From Eledone cirrhosa (lineage: Eukaryota): DNA of 64,000 nt. The notes below the pieces were generated by a model. It was given only the letters and a program-made list of their open reading frames with translations, made no database searches and was not told the DNA's origin. Every line of letters starts with the position of its first letter. The first letter of the stretch is position 1. The translations under genes were made by a program, and so were the position numbers. Below are positions 1-11,771 of the stretch, piece after piece. The stretch lies in assembly GCA_964016885.1 (NCBI GenBank), contig OZ024744.1, forward strand, positions 118,482,001 to 118,546,000, read 5' to 3'.

Positions 1-3000
1 GTCCTTTTTGTTCTGACATCTACATCTGGGTACTTTTTGTTGTGACACCTACATGACCACTTTACAGTGTGTACTGTGTACCTTTTATTGTGACACCTAC
101 ATGACCACTTCACATTGTGTAATGGGTACTTTTTATTGTGACACCTAAATGACCACTTTACATTGTGTACTTGTGAAAGCTATATGACCACTTTACAGTG
201 TATGCTAGGTACGTTTGTTGTGGCACCTACATGACCACTTTACAGTGTGTACTGTGTACATTTTGTCATGACACCTACATGATCACTTTAGTCTATTCTG
301 GGTACTTTTTGTTGTGACACCCAGATGACCACTTTACAGTGTGGGCTGAGTGTTTTTTGTTGTGACACCTATATGACCACTTTACAGTGTGTACTGGGTA
401 CTTTTTGCTGTGTCACCTACATGACCACTTTGCAGTATGTACTGGGTAGGTATGTTTTGTTGTGACACCTACATGACCACTTTACAGTGTGTACTGAGTG
501 TGTTTTGTTGTGACACCTATATGATGACTTTACAGTGGATACTAAGTACTTTTTGTTGTGACACCTACATGATGACTTTACAGTGGATACTGGGTTCTTT
601 TTGTCATGACACCTACTTGACTACTTTACAGTGTGTACTGGGTACTTTTTGTGTGTCAACTGCATGACCATTTTACAGTGTGTACTATGTATTTTTTGTT
701 GTGACACCTACATTACCACTTTACAGTGTGTACTGGGTATGTTTTTTTATGACACCTACATGACCACTTTATAGTGTGTACTGGGTACTTTTTGTTGTGA
801 CACCTACACTACCACTTTACAGTGTGTACTGGGTATGTTTTTTTATGACACCTACATGACCACTTTACAGTGTGTACTGGGTAGTTTTTGTTGTGACACC
901 AACATGACCACTTTACAGTGTGGACTGGGTATGTTTTGTTCTGACACTAATATGACCACTTTACAGCGTGGAATGAGTACACGTTGCTGTAACCCCTACA
1001 GTGACCACTTTACAGTGTGTACTGGGTACTTTTTGTCATGACACCTACATGACCACTTTACAGTGTGTACTGGGTACTATTTGTTGTGACACCTACATCA
1101 CCACTTTACAGTGTGTACTGGGTACTTTTTGTTGTGTCACATATATTATCACTTTACAGTGTGTACTGGGTACTTTTTGTTGTAACACCTACATGAGCAC
1201 TTTACAGTGTGTACTGGGTACTATTTGTTGTGACACCTACATGACTACTTTACAGTGTATACTGGGTACTTTTTGTCATGACACCAACATGACGAATTTA
1301 CAGTGTATGCTGGGTACGTTTGTTGAGACACCTACATGACCACTTTACAGTATGAACTGGGTACCTTTTGTTGTGACACCTGTATGACCACTTTACAGTG
1401 TGTATTGGGTATATTTTATCGTGACACCTACATGACCACTTTACAGTGTGGACTGTGTACTTTTTGTTGTGTCACCTACATGACCACTTTACAGTGAATA
1501 CTGGGTACTTGTTGTTGTGTCACCTATATGACTACTTTACAGTGTGTACTGGGTACTATTTGTTGTGACACCTACATAACTACTTTAGAGTGTGTACTCG
1601 GTATTTTTGTTGTGACACAAACATAACCACATTACAGTGTGTACTGGGTACGTTTTGTTGTGAGACCTACATGACCACATTACAGTGTGAACTGGGTATG
1701 TTTTGTTGTGAAACCTACTTGACCACTTTTCAGTGTGTACTGGGTATGATTGTTGTGACACCTACATGACTACTTTAGAGTTTGTACTAGGTTGGTTTTG
1801 TCATGACACCTACATGACCACTTTACAGTGCGTACTGGGTACTTGTTGTTGTGTCACCTATGTGACCACTTTAGAGTGTGTACTGGGTACTATTTGTTGT
1901 GACACCTACATGACTACTTTACATTTGTACTCGATACTTTTTGTTGTGAAACAAACATGACCACTTTAGAGTGTGCACTGGGTACTTTTTGTTATGAACC
2001 CTACATGACCACTTTACAGTGAGGACTGGGTGTTTTTTGTTGTAACACCTACATGACCTTCTTACAGTGTGTACTGTGTACTTTTTGTGATGACACCTAC
2101 GAGACAACTTTACAGTGTATGCTGGGTACGTTTGTTGTTACACGTACATGACCACTTTACAGTGTGTACTGGGTACTTTTGGTTGTGACAGCTACATGAC
2201 CACTTTATAGTGTGTACTGGGTACCTTTTGTTGTGACCCCTACATGACCACTTTACAGTGTGGACAGGATACCCACTGTTGTGGCACCTACATGACCACT
2301 TTACAGTGTGTACTGGGTACTTTTTGTTGTGAAACCTACATGACAACCTTACAGTGTGTACTGGGTATGTTTTGTTGTGAAACCTACATGACCACTTTAC
2401 AGTGTATGCTGGGCACGTTTGTTGTGACAGCTACATGACCACTTTGCAGTGTGTAGTGGGTACTTTTTGTTGTGACACCTACATGACCACTTTACGGTGT
2501 GTACTGGGTAATTTTTTTCATGACACCTACATGACCACTTTACAGTGTCTACTGGGTACTTCTTGTTGTGATACCTACATGACCACTTTGCAGTGTGTAC
2601 TGGGTACTTTTTGTTGTGACACCTACATGACCACTCTACAGTGTGAACTGGGTACTTTTTTTGTGATACCTACATGACCTCTTTACAGTGTGTAATGGGT
2701 ACATTTCATGACACCTACATGACCACTTTAGTCTATATTGGGTACTTTTTGTGGTGAAACCTACATGACTACTTTACTGGGTATGTTTTGTTGTGACACC
2801 TACATGACCACTTTTCAGTGTATGCTGGGTACTTTGTGTTGTGACACCTACATGACCACTTTACAGTGTACTGGGTACTTTTTGTTGTGACACCTACATG
2901 ACCACTCTACAGTGTGTACTGGGTACTTTTTATTGTGACACCTACATGACGAACTTTACAGTGTGTACTAGGTTCTTTTTGTCATGACACCTACATGACC

Positions 3001-5414
3001 AATTTACAGTGTGTACTCGGTAATTTTGTGGTGACACCTACATGACCACTTTACATTTGTACTCGGTACTTTTTGTTGTGACACAAACATGACCACTTTA
3101 CAGTGTGTACTCTGGTGTTTTTTGTTGTGACACCTACATGACCACTTTACAGTGTGTACTAGGTACTTTTTGTTGTGAAACCTACCTGACCACTTTACAG
3201 TGTATTGGGTACTTTTTGTGATGACACCTACAAGGCAACTTTACAGTGTATGCTGGGTACATTTGTTGTGACACCTACATCACCACTTTACAGTGTGTAC
3301 TGAGTACTTTTGGTTGTGACAGCTACATGACCACTTTACAGTGTGTACTGGGTACCTTTTGTTGTGATCCCTACATGACCACTTTACAGTGTGGACAGGG
3401 TACCCTTTGTTGTGAAACCTACGTGACCACTTTACAGTGTGTACTGTGTCCTTTTTGTTGTGACACCTACATGACCACTTTACAGTGTGTACTGGGTACA
3501 TTTCGTCATGACACCTCCATGACCACTTTAGTCTATACTGGATACTTTTTGTTCTGTCACCTACATGACCACTTTAAAGTGTGTACTGGGTATCTTTTGC
3601 TGTGACACCTACATGACTTTCTTACATTGTGGACTGGGTACTTTTTATTCTGACACCTACATGACCACTTTACAGTGTGTACTGGGTACTTTTTGTTGTG
3701 ATACCTATATGACCATTTTACAGTGTGTACTGGGTACTTTTTGCTGTGTCCCCTACATGACCACTTTGCAGTGTTTACAGGGTATGTTTTGTTGTGACAC
3801 CTACATGACCACTTTACAGTGTGTACTGGGTACTTTTTGTTGTGACCCCTACATGACCACTTTGCAATGTTGACAGTGTTCTTTTTGTTGTGATACCTAG
3901 ATGACCACTTTACAGTGTGTACTGTGTCCTTTTTGTTCTGACATCTACATCTGGGTACTTTTTGTTGTGACACCTACATGACCACTTTACAGTGTGTACT
4001 GTGTACCTTTTATTGTGACACCTACATGACCACTTCACATTGTGTAATGGGTACTTTTTATTGTGACACCTAAATGACCACTTTACATTGTGTACTTGTG
4101 AAAGCTATATGACCACTTTACAGTGTATGCTAGGTACGTTTGTTGTGGCACCTACATGACCACTTTACAGTGTGAACTGTGTACATTTTGTTGTGAAACC
4201 TGCATGACCACTTTACAGTGTGTACTGTGTACATTTTGTCATGACACCTACATGATCACTTTAGTCTATTCTGGGTACTTTTTGTTGTGACACCCAGATG
4301 ACCACTTTACAGTGTGGGCTGAGTGTTTTTTGTTGTGACACCTATATGACCACTTTACAGTGTGTACTGGGTACTTTTTGCTGTGTCACCTACATGACCA
4401 CTTTGCAGTATGTACTGGGTAGGTATGTTTTGTTGTGACACCTACATGACCACTTTACAGTGTGTACTGAGTGTGTTTTGTTGTGACACCTATATGATGA
4501 CTTTACAGTGGATACTAAGTACTTTTTGTTGTGACACCTACATGATGACTTTACAGTGGATACTGGGTTCTTTTTGTCATGACACCTACTTGACTACTTT
4601 ACAGTGTGTACTGGGTACTTTTTGTGTGTCAACTGCGTGACCATTTTACAGTGTGTACTATGTATTTTTTGTTGTGACACCTACATTACCACTTTACAGT
4701 GTGTACTGGGTATGTTTTTTTATGACACCTACATGACCACTTTATAGTGTGTACTGGGTACTTTTTGTTGTGACACCTACACTACCACTTTACAGTGTGT
4801 ACTGGGTATGTTTTTTTATGACACCTACATGACCACTTTACAGTGTGTACTGGGTAGTTTTTGTTGTGACAACTACATGACTACTTTACAGTGTGTACTG
4901 GGTATGTTTTGTTCTGACACTAATATGACCACTTTACAGCGTGGAATGAGTACACGTTGCTGTAACCCCTACAGTGACCACTTTACAGTGTGTACTGGGT
5001 ACTTTTTTGTTGTGACACCTATATGACCACATTACAGTGTGTACTGGGTACTTTTTGTTGTGACAACTACATGACCTCTTTAAATTGTGTACTGAGGATC
5101 TTTTGCTTTGACACCTACATGACTTTCTTACAGTGTGGACTGGGTACTTTTTGTTCTGAGACCTACATGACCACTTTACAGTGTGACTAGGTACTTGTTG
5201 TTGTGACACCTACATGACCACTTTACAGTGTGTACTGTGTACTTTTTTTGTGTCACCTACATGACCACTAGATAGTTGTGTTACCTACATGACTACTTTA
5301 CAGTGTATACTGGGTACTATTTGTTGTGACACCTAAATGACCACTTTACAGTGTGTACTCGGTAATTTATGTTGCGACACCTACATGATGACTTTACAGT
5401 GTGTACTGGGTATA
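1..5414. repeat. 48-bp tandem satellite/minisatellite, ~110 monomers, continuing past the left window edge
   Basis: Consensus GGTACTTTTTGTTGTGACACCTACATGACCACTTTACAGTGTGTACTG repeats throughout. The 16-aa periodicity in the ORF track (MTTLQCVLGTFCCDTY) confirms a 48-bp unit. A higher-order copy of 1-~1020 starts at 3926. Confidence 0.97.
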
Positions 5415-5533
5415 TTTTGCCAGGTTGACTCTATGACCTTTTGATTCCAAGTTATGCCAACATGTTTGGAATTTCTTCTCTAATTCTGCCATAGATTCAG
5501 ATCATGTGCATACAGAAGTTCCCTTGGGCAGTT
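5415..5533 (-). mobile_element. Degenerate RTE-clade LINE reverse transcriptase fragment (YADD region)
   Basis: The minus strand translates as NCPRELLYAHDL, then after a frameshift/deletion ESMAELEKKFQTCWHNLESKGHRVNLAK. This matches the RTE RT pattern PWELLYADDL...ES..EL...F..W...LESKGL.VN..KT, with YADD decayed to YAHD. Confidence 0.8.
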
Positions 5534-5786
5534 CTGTTTTATGGTACAGGATAATAATTAACAGGAGGGGCTAAAGACGGAGTTCGGCTCGACTCCGTAT
5601 TCGCATGCTTATCATTTGATTTATTAAGGAGGTTGGATGATTTGAAATTTAAAATGGCTGATTACCAAACACAGAGTCGTTACAAGATAATACCAACGGA
5701 AAAGCAGGGAAAATTGCCTTTGATTTTCTGGAGTAACTTTGTGTTTGGATATAAACACTTTCAAATATACATATATATATATATTA

Positions 5787-5923
5787 GGGTGCCTCATTAG
5801 ATGTATCACTGGTACAGTCAGTCATTGGGGTGCCACTCTAGATGTGTCACTGGTACAGCCAGTTGTTGGGGTGCCACTCTTGATGTGACACTGGCACAGC
5901 CAGTCAATGGGGTGCAACTCTAG
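5787..5923. repeat. 41-bp diverged tandem repeat, ~3.3 copies
   Basis: Unit GGGGTGCCACTCTAGATGTGTCACTGGTACAGCCAGTTGTT with variants, directly after a short (TA)n run at ~5771-5783. Confidence 0.85.
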
Positions 5924-5929
5924 ACACAT

Positions 5930-6240
5930 TTGTAGTCAATTGTCACCACAGGTTTCTATTCACCATCATATGTATAAAGGTCTCAGTGTTGTGACCAGTC
6001 TCTGCTGTTGGACCAGGATTTTCTTAGTCTGCCTCTTCATTACCCTGTCTCCATTGTGACCTGAACAACAATTTTAGATAAGGAATTGGAGCAGGATATA
6101 TGACCCGACCTGTAGCAACCTTCTGAAGGACTTGTGTTTGAATGACTGCATCCATAGCTCTATGTCAGAGTGAGACATCAACTCTCACCCTCACGTAAAA
6201 GGATCGAAGTCATCAAAATAGTTTGAGCTTCATATGACAT
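5930..6240 (-). mobile_element. Degenerate RTE/BovB-like LINE ORF2 C-terminal relic
   Basis: Minus-strand pieces in shifting frames: MKLKLF / SILLREGES* / DIELWMQSFKHKSFRRLLQV / GHISCSNSLSKIVVQVTMETG**RGRLRKSWSNSRDWS / VNRNLW*. They are colinear with the RTE ORF2 end as recalled (SILLYGCETW...RIQAFE.KC.RR.L...GH....SL.K.ILQG..EG.RRRGR.RK.W). Stops, frameshifts and an internal deletion are present. Confidence 0.75.
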
Positions 6241-6323
6241 TCAGCTTTACCACGGCAGAAGAATTAGATTTAGATTTAACTAAAACATTGGTCAAGGGAG
6301 ATAATTCATGAATATGAATATAA

Positions 6324-6635
6324 GGCACATACATGGCTTAGTGGTTGTGAGTTCAATTCTCAGACTGGGTGATGTGTTGTGTCCTTGAGCAAGACACTTT
6401 ATTTCACATTGCTCCAGTTTACTCAGCTGTAGAAATGAGATGATAGGGACTGGGGTCCCTATCATTCCACTGTAAAGTGGTCGTGGAGGTGCCACGGCAA
6501 AAAAGCACCCACCACTCACTGTAAATGAGGTTGGTGTTAGGAAGGGCATCCAGCAGTAGAAATCAAGCCAGACTCAGTTCCCGTCCCACCCTTGCAAGCA
6601 GGGAAAAGTGGACGTAAAATGATGATGATGATGAT
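6324..6635 (+). mobile_element. tRNA-derived SINE (probably composite or internally deleted) with RTE-like (ATG)n tail
   Basis: A-box-like TGGCTTAGTGG (6334-6344) and B-box-like GAGTTCAATTC (6349-6359). Central GTGTCCTTGAGCAAGACACTT motif typical of conserved SINE bodies. 3' part TTAGGAAGGGCATCCAGC...GGACGTAAA(ATG)5 resembles cephalopod SINE ends as recalled. Confidence 0.8.
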
Positions 6636-7261
6636 CTTTCATGAATACACATACATCCATGTACACACTAATATATGTGAACACATACACACATATACCC
6701 AATAGTGTATATGGGCATGTATAGATATAGACATATATATATAGCTATAGATATAGACATATATATATAGCTATAGATATATATATATATATATAGCTAT
6801 AGATATAGACATACATATATAGCTGTAGATATAGACATATATATAGCTATAGATATAGACATATATATATAGCTATAGATATAGACATATCTATAGCTAT
6901 AGATATAGACACATATATAGCTATAGATATAGACATATATACATAGCTGTAGATATAGACATATATATATAGCTATAGATATAGACATATATATAGCTGT
7001 AGATATAGACATATATATATAGCTATAGATATAGACATATATATAGCTATAGATATAGACATATATATATAGCTATAGATATAGACATATCTATAGCTAT
7101 AGATATAGACATATATATAGCTATAGATATAGACACATATATATATAGCTATAGATATAGACATATCTATAGCTATAGATATAGACATATATATATAGCT
7201 GTAGATATAGACATATATATATAGCTATAGATATAGACATATATATAGCTGTAGATATAGA

Positions 7262-7763
7262 TTTCTTTATTAGCCACAAGGGCGCAACAAGAAAGGGGAC
7301 AATACAAAGACATGCCGGGGATTTTACATACAGTCGTGTAAAAATTATAAAAACAAACAATTTCAACAATCGAAATCCCCAATAGGGGGGGGAGGCACCA
7401 CAAATGGGTTGTTTAATACCCCGTCGATAGAACAACCCTCAACTCAAGGAGCGTGTTGTGCAAGTGCTCCTTTCTTCCTTTTGCTCTCTTCCTCTACCTA
7501 CAGGCTTATAAACAGAGAAGGCCCAATCACTCGGGCCATTTTCGCTTCATTCACCCACCTTTCAGTAAATTTACTGGGGTGCAGTGCCTCTCTCTCCACC
7601 CTGATTCTCCTTCTAAAGTGTTACTTAAAGAAGGGAATCAATTGTTGTCCGGAGAGAAAGGCATCTGTCCTCAGTCCTCTCAACCGCGTCCACCATATAA
7701 CTTCTTTCACCATAGCCACCGTACAGAGGAAAACCGCCTCTCATTCGTTTTTGAAAGAGTCTG
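7262..7763 (-). mobile_element. 5'-truncated L1/Tx1-clade LINE (ORF2 end plus 3'UTR) inserted in the minisatellite
   Basis: 502 bp of complex sequence. Minus-strand AATAAA (7266-7271) lies 4 nt from the 3' junction. Flanked by GCTGTAGATATAGA at 7248-7261 and 7764-7777; removing the insert and one copy restores a normal unit. Confidence 0.85.
7498..7763 (-). pseudogene. Disabled ORF2 C-terminus of the L1/Tx1-type element
   Basis: PDSFKNE*EAVFLCTVAMVKEVIWWTRLRGLRTDAFLSGQQLIPFFK*HFRRRIRVEREALHPSKFTERWVNEAKMARVIGPSLFISL*. The K..IW..R and F...W motifs are typical of L1/Tx1 ORF2 ends. Premature stops at 7741-7743 and 7621-7623. Confidence 0.75.
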
Positions 7764-9150
7764 GCTGTAGATATAGACATCTATATATAGCTATAGATAT
7801 AGACATCTATATATAGCTATAGATATAGACACATATATAGCTGTGGATATAGACATATATATAGCTATAGATATAGACACATATATAGCTGTAGATATAG
7901 ACACATATATAGCTATAGATATAGACATATATATAGCTGTAGATATAGACATATATATATAGCTATAGATATAGACATATATATAGCTGTAGATATAGAC
8001 ATATCTATAGCTATAGATATAGACACATATATAGCTGTAGATATAGACATATATATAGCTATAGATATAGACACATATATAGCTGTAGATATAGACATAT
8101 ATATAGCTGTAGTTATAGACATATATATAGCTGTAGATATAGACACATATATATAGCTGTAGATATAGACACATATATATAGCTGTGAATATAGATATAT
8201 ATATAGCTGTAGATATAGACATCTATATATAGCTATAGATATAGACATATATATAGCTGTAGATATAGACATATATATAGCTATAGATATAGACACATAT
8301 ATAGCTGTAGATATAGACATATATATATCTATAGTTATAGACATATATATATATAACTATAGATATAGACACATATATAGTTATAGATATAGACATATAT
8401 ATAGCTGTGGATATAGACATATATATAGCTATAGTTATAGACATATATATAGCTATAGTTATAGACATATATATAGCTATAGATATAGACACATATATAG
8501 CTGTAGATATAGACATATATAGCTGTAGATATAGACACATATATGTATAGATATAGAAATATATATATATATAGCTATAGACATAGACATATATATAGCT
8601 ATAGATATAGACATATATATATATATATAGCTATAGACATAGACATATATATAGCTATAGATATAGACATATATATATATATATAGCTGTAGATATAGAC
8701 ATTTATATAGCTATAGATATAGACATATATATATATATATAGCTATAGATATAGACATATATATATATATATAGCTATAGATATAGACATATATATAGCT
8801 ATAGATATAGACATATATATAGCTATAGATATAGACATATATATAGCTGTAGATATAGACATATATATAGCTATAGATATAGACACATATATAGCTATAG
8901 ATATAGACATATATATAGCTATAGATATAGACATATATATAGCTGTAGATATAGACATATATATATAGCTGTAGATATAGACACATATATATAGCTGTAG
9001 ATATAGACACATATATATAGCTGTAGATATAGACATATATATATAGCTGTGGATATAGACATATATATATATAACTATAGATATAGACACATATATAGCT
9101 ATAGATATAGACACATATATAGCTATATATACAGACATATATATATATAT

Positions 9151-9337
9151 GTTTCTACGTTAGGCACAAGGCCAGCAATTAACCAGTGTATTACTGGTAC
9201 TTTATTTTATCGACCCCGTAAGGATGAAAGGCAAAGTTAACCTCGGCGGGATTTGAACTCAGAATGGCAAGGGCCGTAACTCTATGCGCCAAAGCATGGC
9301 GCATCCGACACTCTACCAATACTGCCAATCCACCGCC
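9151..9337 (-). mobile_element. tRNA-derived CORE-type SINE, copy 1 (187 bp)
   Basis: The minus strand starts GGCGGTGGATTGGCAGTATTGG (A box), has B box GAGTTCAAATCC, then a CORE-like ACTTTGCCTTTCATCCTTACGGGGTCGATAAAATAAAGTACCAG, and ends GTGCCTAACGTAGAAAC in an (AT)n run. Confidence 0.85.
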
Positions 9338-11584
9338 ATATATATATATAGCTATAGACATATATATATATAACTATAGATATAGACATATATATAGCTA
9401 TAGATATAGACATATATATATATAACTATAGATATAGACATATATATAGCTATAGATATAGACATATATATATATACAACTATAAATATAGACATATATA
9501 TAGCTATAGATATAGGCATATATATAGCTATAGATATAGACATATATATAGCTATAGATATAGACATATATATAGCTATAGATATAGACATATATATATA
9601 TAACTATAGATATAGACATATATATAGCTATAGATATAGACATATATATAGCTATAGATATAGACATATATATAGCTGTAGATATAGACATATATATAGC
9701 TGTAGATATAGACACATATATATAGCTATAGATATAGACACATATATAGCTATAGATATAGACACATATATAGCTGTAGATATAGACATATATATAGCTA
9801 TAGATATAGACATATATATAGCTGTAGATATAGACACATATATAGCTGTATATATAGATATATATATATATAGCTATAGATATAGACATATATATATATA
9901 ACTATAGATATAGACACATATATAGCTATAGATATAGACATATATATATATATAACTATAGATATAGACACATATATAGCTATAGATATAGACATATATA
10001 TAGCTGTGGATATAGACATACATATAGCTATAGATATAGACACATATATAGCTGTAGATATAGACATATATAGCTATAGATATAGACATATATATAGCTG
10101 TGGATATAGATATATATATAGCTATAGATATAGACACATATATAGCTGTGGATATAGACATATATATAGCTATAGATATAGACATATATAGCTATAGATA
10201 TAGACATATATATAGCTGTAGATATAGACATATATATATATAACTATAGATATAGACATATATATAGCTATAGATATAGACATACATATATATAACTATA
10301 GATATAGACATATATATAGCTATAGATATAGACATACATATATATAACTATAGATATAGACATATATATAGCTATAGATATAGACATATATATATATAAC
10401 TATAGATATAGACATATATATAGCTATAGATATAGACAATATAGCTATAGATATAGATATATATATAGCTATAGATATAGACATACATATATAGCTGTAG
10501 ATATAGACACATATATATAGCTATAGATATAGACATATATATATAGCTATAGATATAGACACATATATAGCTATAGATATAGACATATATATAGCTATAG
10601 ATATAGACATATATATATAGCTATAGATATAGACACATATATAGCTATAGATATAGACATATATATAGCTGTGGATATAGACATATATATAGCTATAGAT
10701 ATAGACATATATATAGCTATAGATATAGACACATATATAGCTGTAGATATAGACATATATATAGCTGTAGATATAGACATATATATAGCTGTGGATATAG
10801 ACATACATATAGCTATAGATATAGACATATATATAGCTATAGATATAGACATATATATAGCTGTGGATATAGACACATATATAGCTATAGATATAGACAT
10901 ATATATAGCTATAGATATAGACATATATATAGCTATAGATATAGACATATATATATAGCTATAGATATAGACACATATATATAGCTGTAGATATAGACAC
11001 ATATATATAGCTGTAGATATAGACACATATATATATAGCTATAGATATAGACACATATATAGCTATAGATATAGACATATATATAGCTGTGGATATAGAC
11101 ATACATATAGCTATAGATATAGACATATATATAGCTGTACATATAGACATATATATATAGCTATAGATATAGACATATATATAGCTGTAGATATAGACAC
11201 ATATATATAGCTATAGATATAGACATATATATAGCTATAGATATAGACATATATATAGCTATAGATATAGACATATATATAGCTATAGTTATAGACACAT
11301 ATATATAGCTATAGATATAGACATATATATAGCTATAGATATAGACATATATATAGCTATAGATATAGACATACATATAGCTATAGATATAGACATATAT
11401 ATATAGCTGTAGATATAGACACATATATATAGCTGTGGATATAGATATATATATAGCTATAGATATAGACATATATATAGCTATAGATATAGACATATAT
11501 ATATATAACTATAGATATAGACATATATATAGCTATAGATATAGACACATATATAGCTATATATACAGACATATATATATATAT

Positions 11585-11771
11585 GTTTCTACGTTAGGCA
11601 CAAGGCCAGCAATTAACCAGTGTATTACTGGTACTTTATTTTATCGACCCCGTAAGGATGAAAGGCAAAGTTAACCTAGGCGGGATTTGAACTCAGAATG
11701 GCAAGGGCCATAACTCTATGCGCCAAAGCATGGCGCATCCGACACTCTACCAATACTGCCAATCCACCGCC
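11585..11771 (-). mobile_element. tRNA-derived CORE-type SINE, copy 2 (187 bp)
   Basis: Same as 9151-9337 except two substitutions seen (CCTCGG/CCTAGG, GCCGTA/GCCATA), with the same flanking minisatellite variants. Confidence 0.85.

Noticed and set aside
437-5209. Cys-rich repetitive ORFs (MTTLQCVLGTFCCDTY; HTVKWSCRCHNKKYPV) resembling metallothionein, keratin-associated or zinc-finger proteins
   Set aside because: They arise because 48 is divisible by 3. Frames are frequently broken by stops and indels, are open on both strands, and lack C2H2 spacing.
5577-5598. Hairpin ACGGAGT-N8-ACTCCGT (also TGAGTTA/TAACTCA near 13215-13240)
   Set aside because: 7-bp stems are expected by chance and have no supporting context.
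7409-7816. Plus-strand ORFs of 135 and 105 aa
   Set aside because: Antisense shadows of the minus-strand LINE ORF2 relic, with no recognisable protein.
9151-9337. tRNA gene (A and B boxes)
   Set aside because: No cloverleaf. It is followed by a SINE core and tail, so it is a SINE head.
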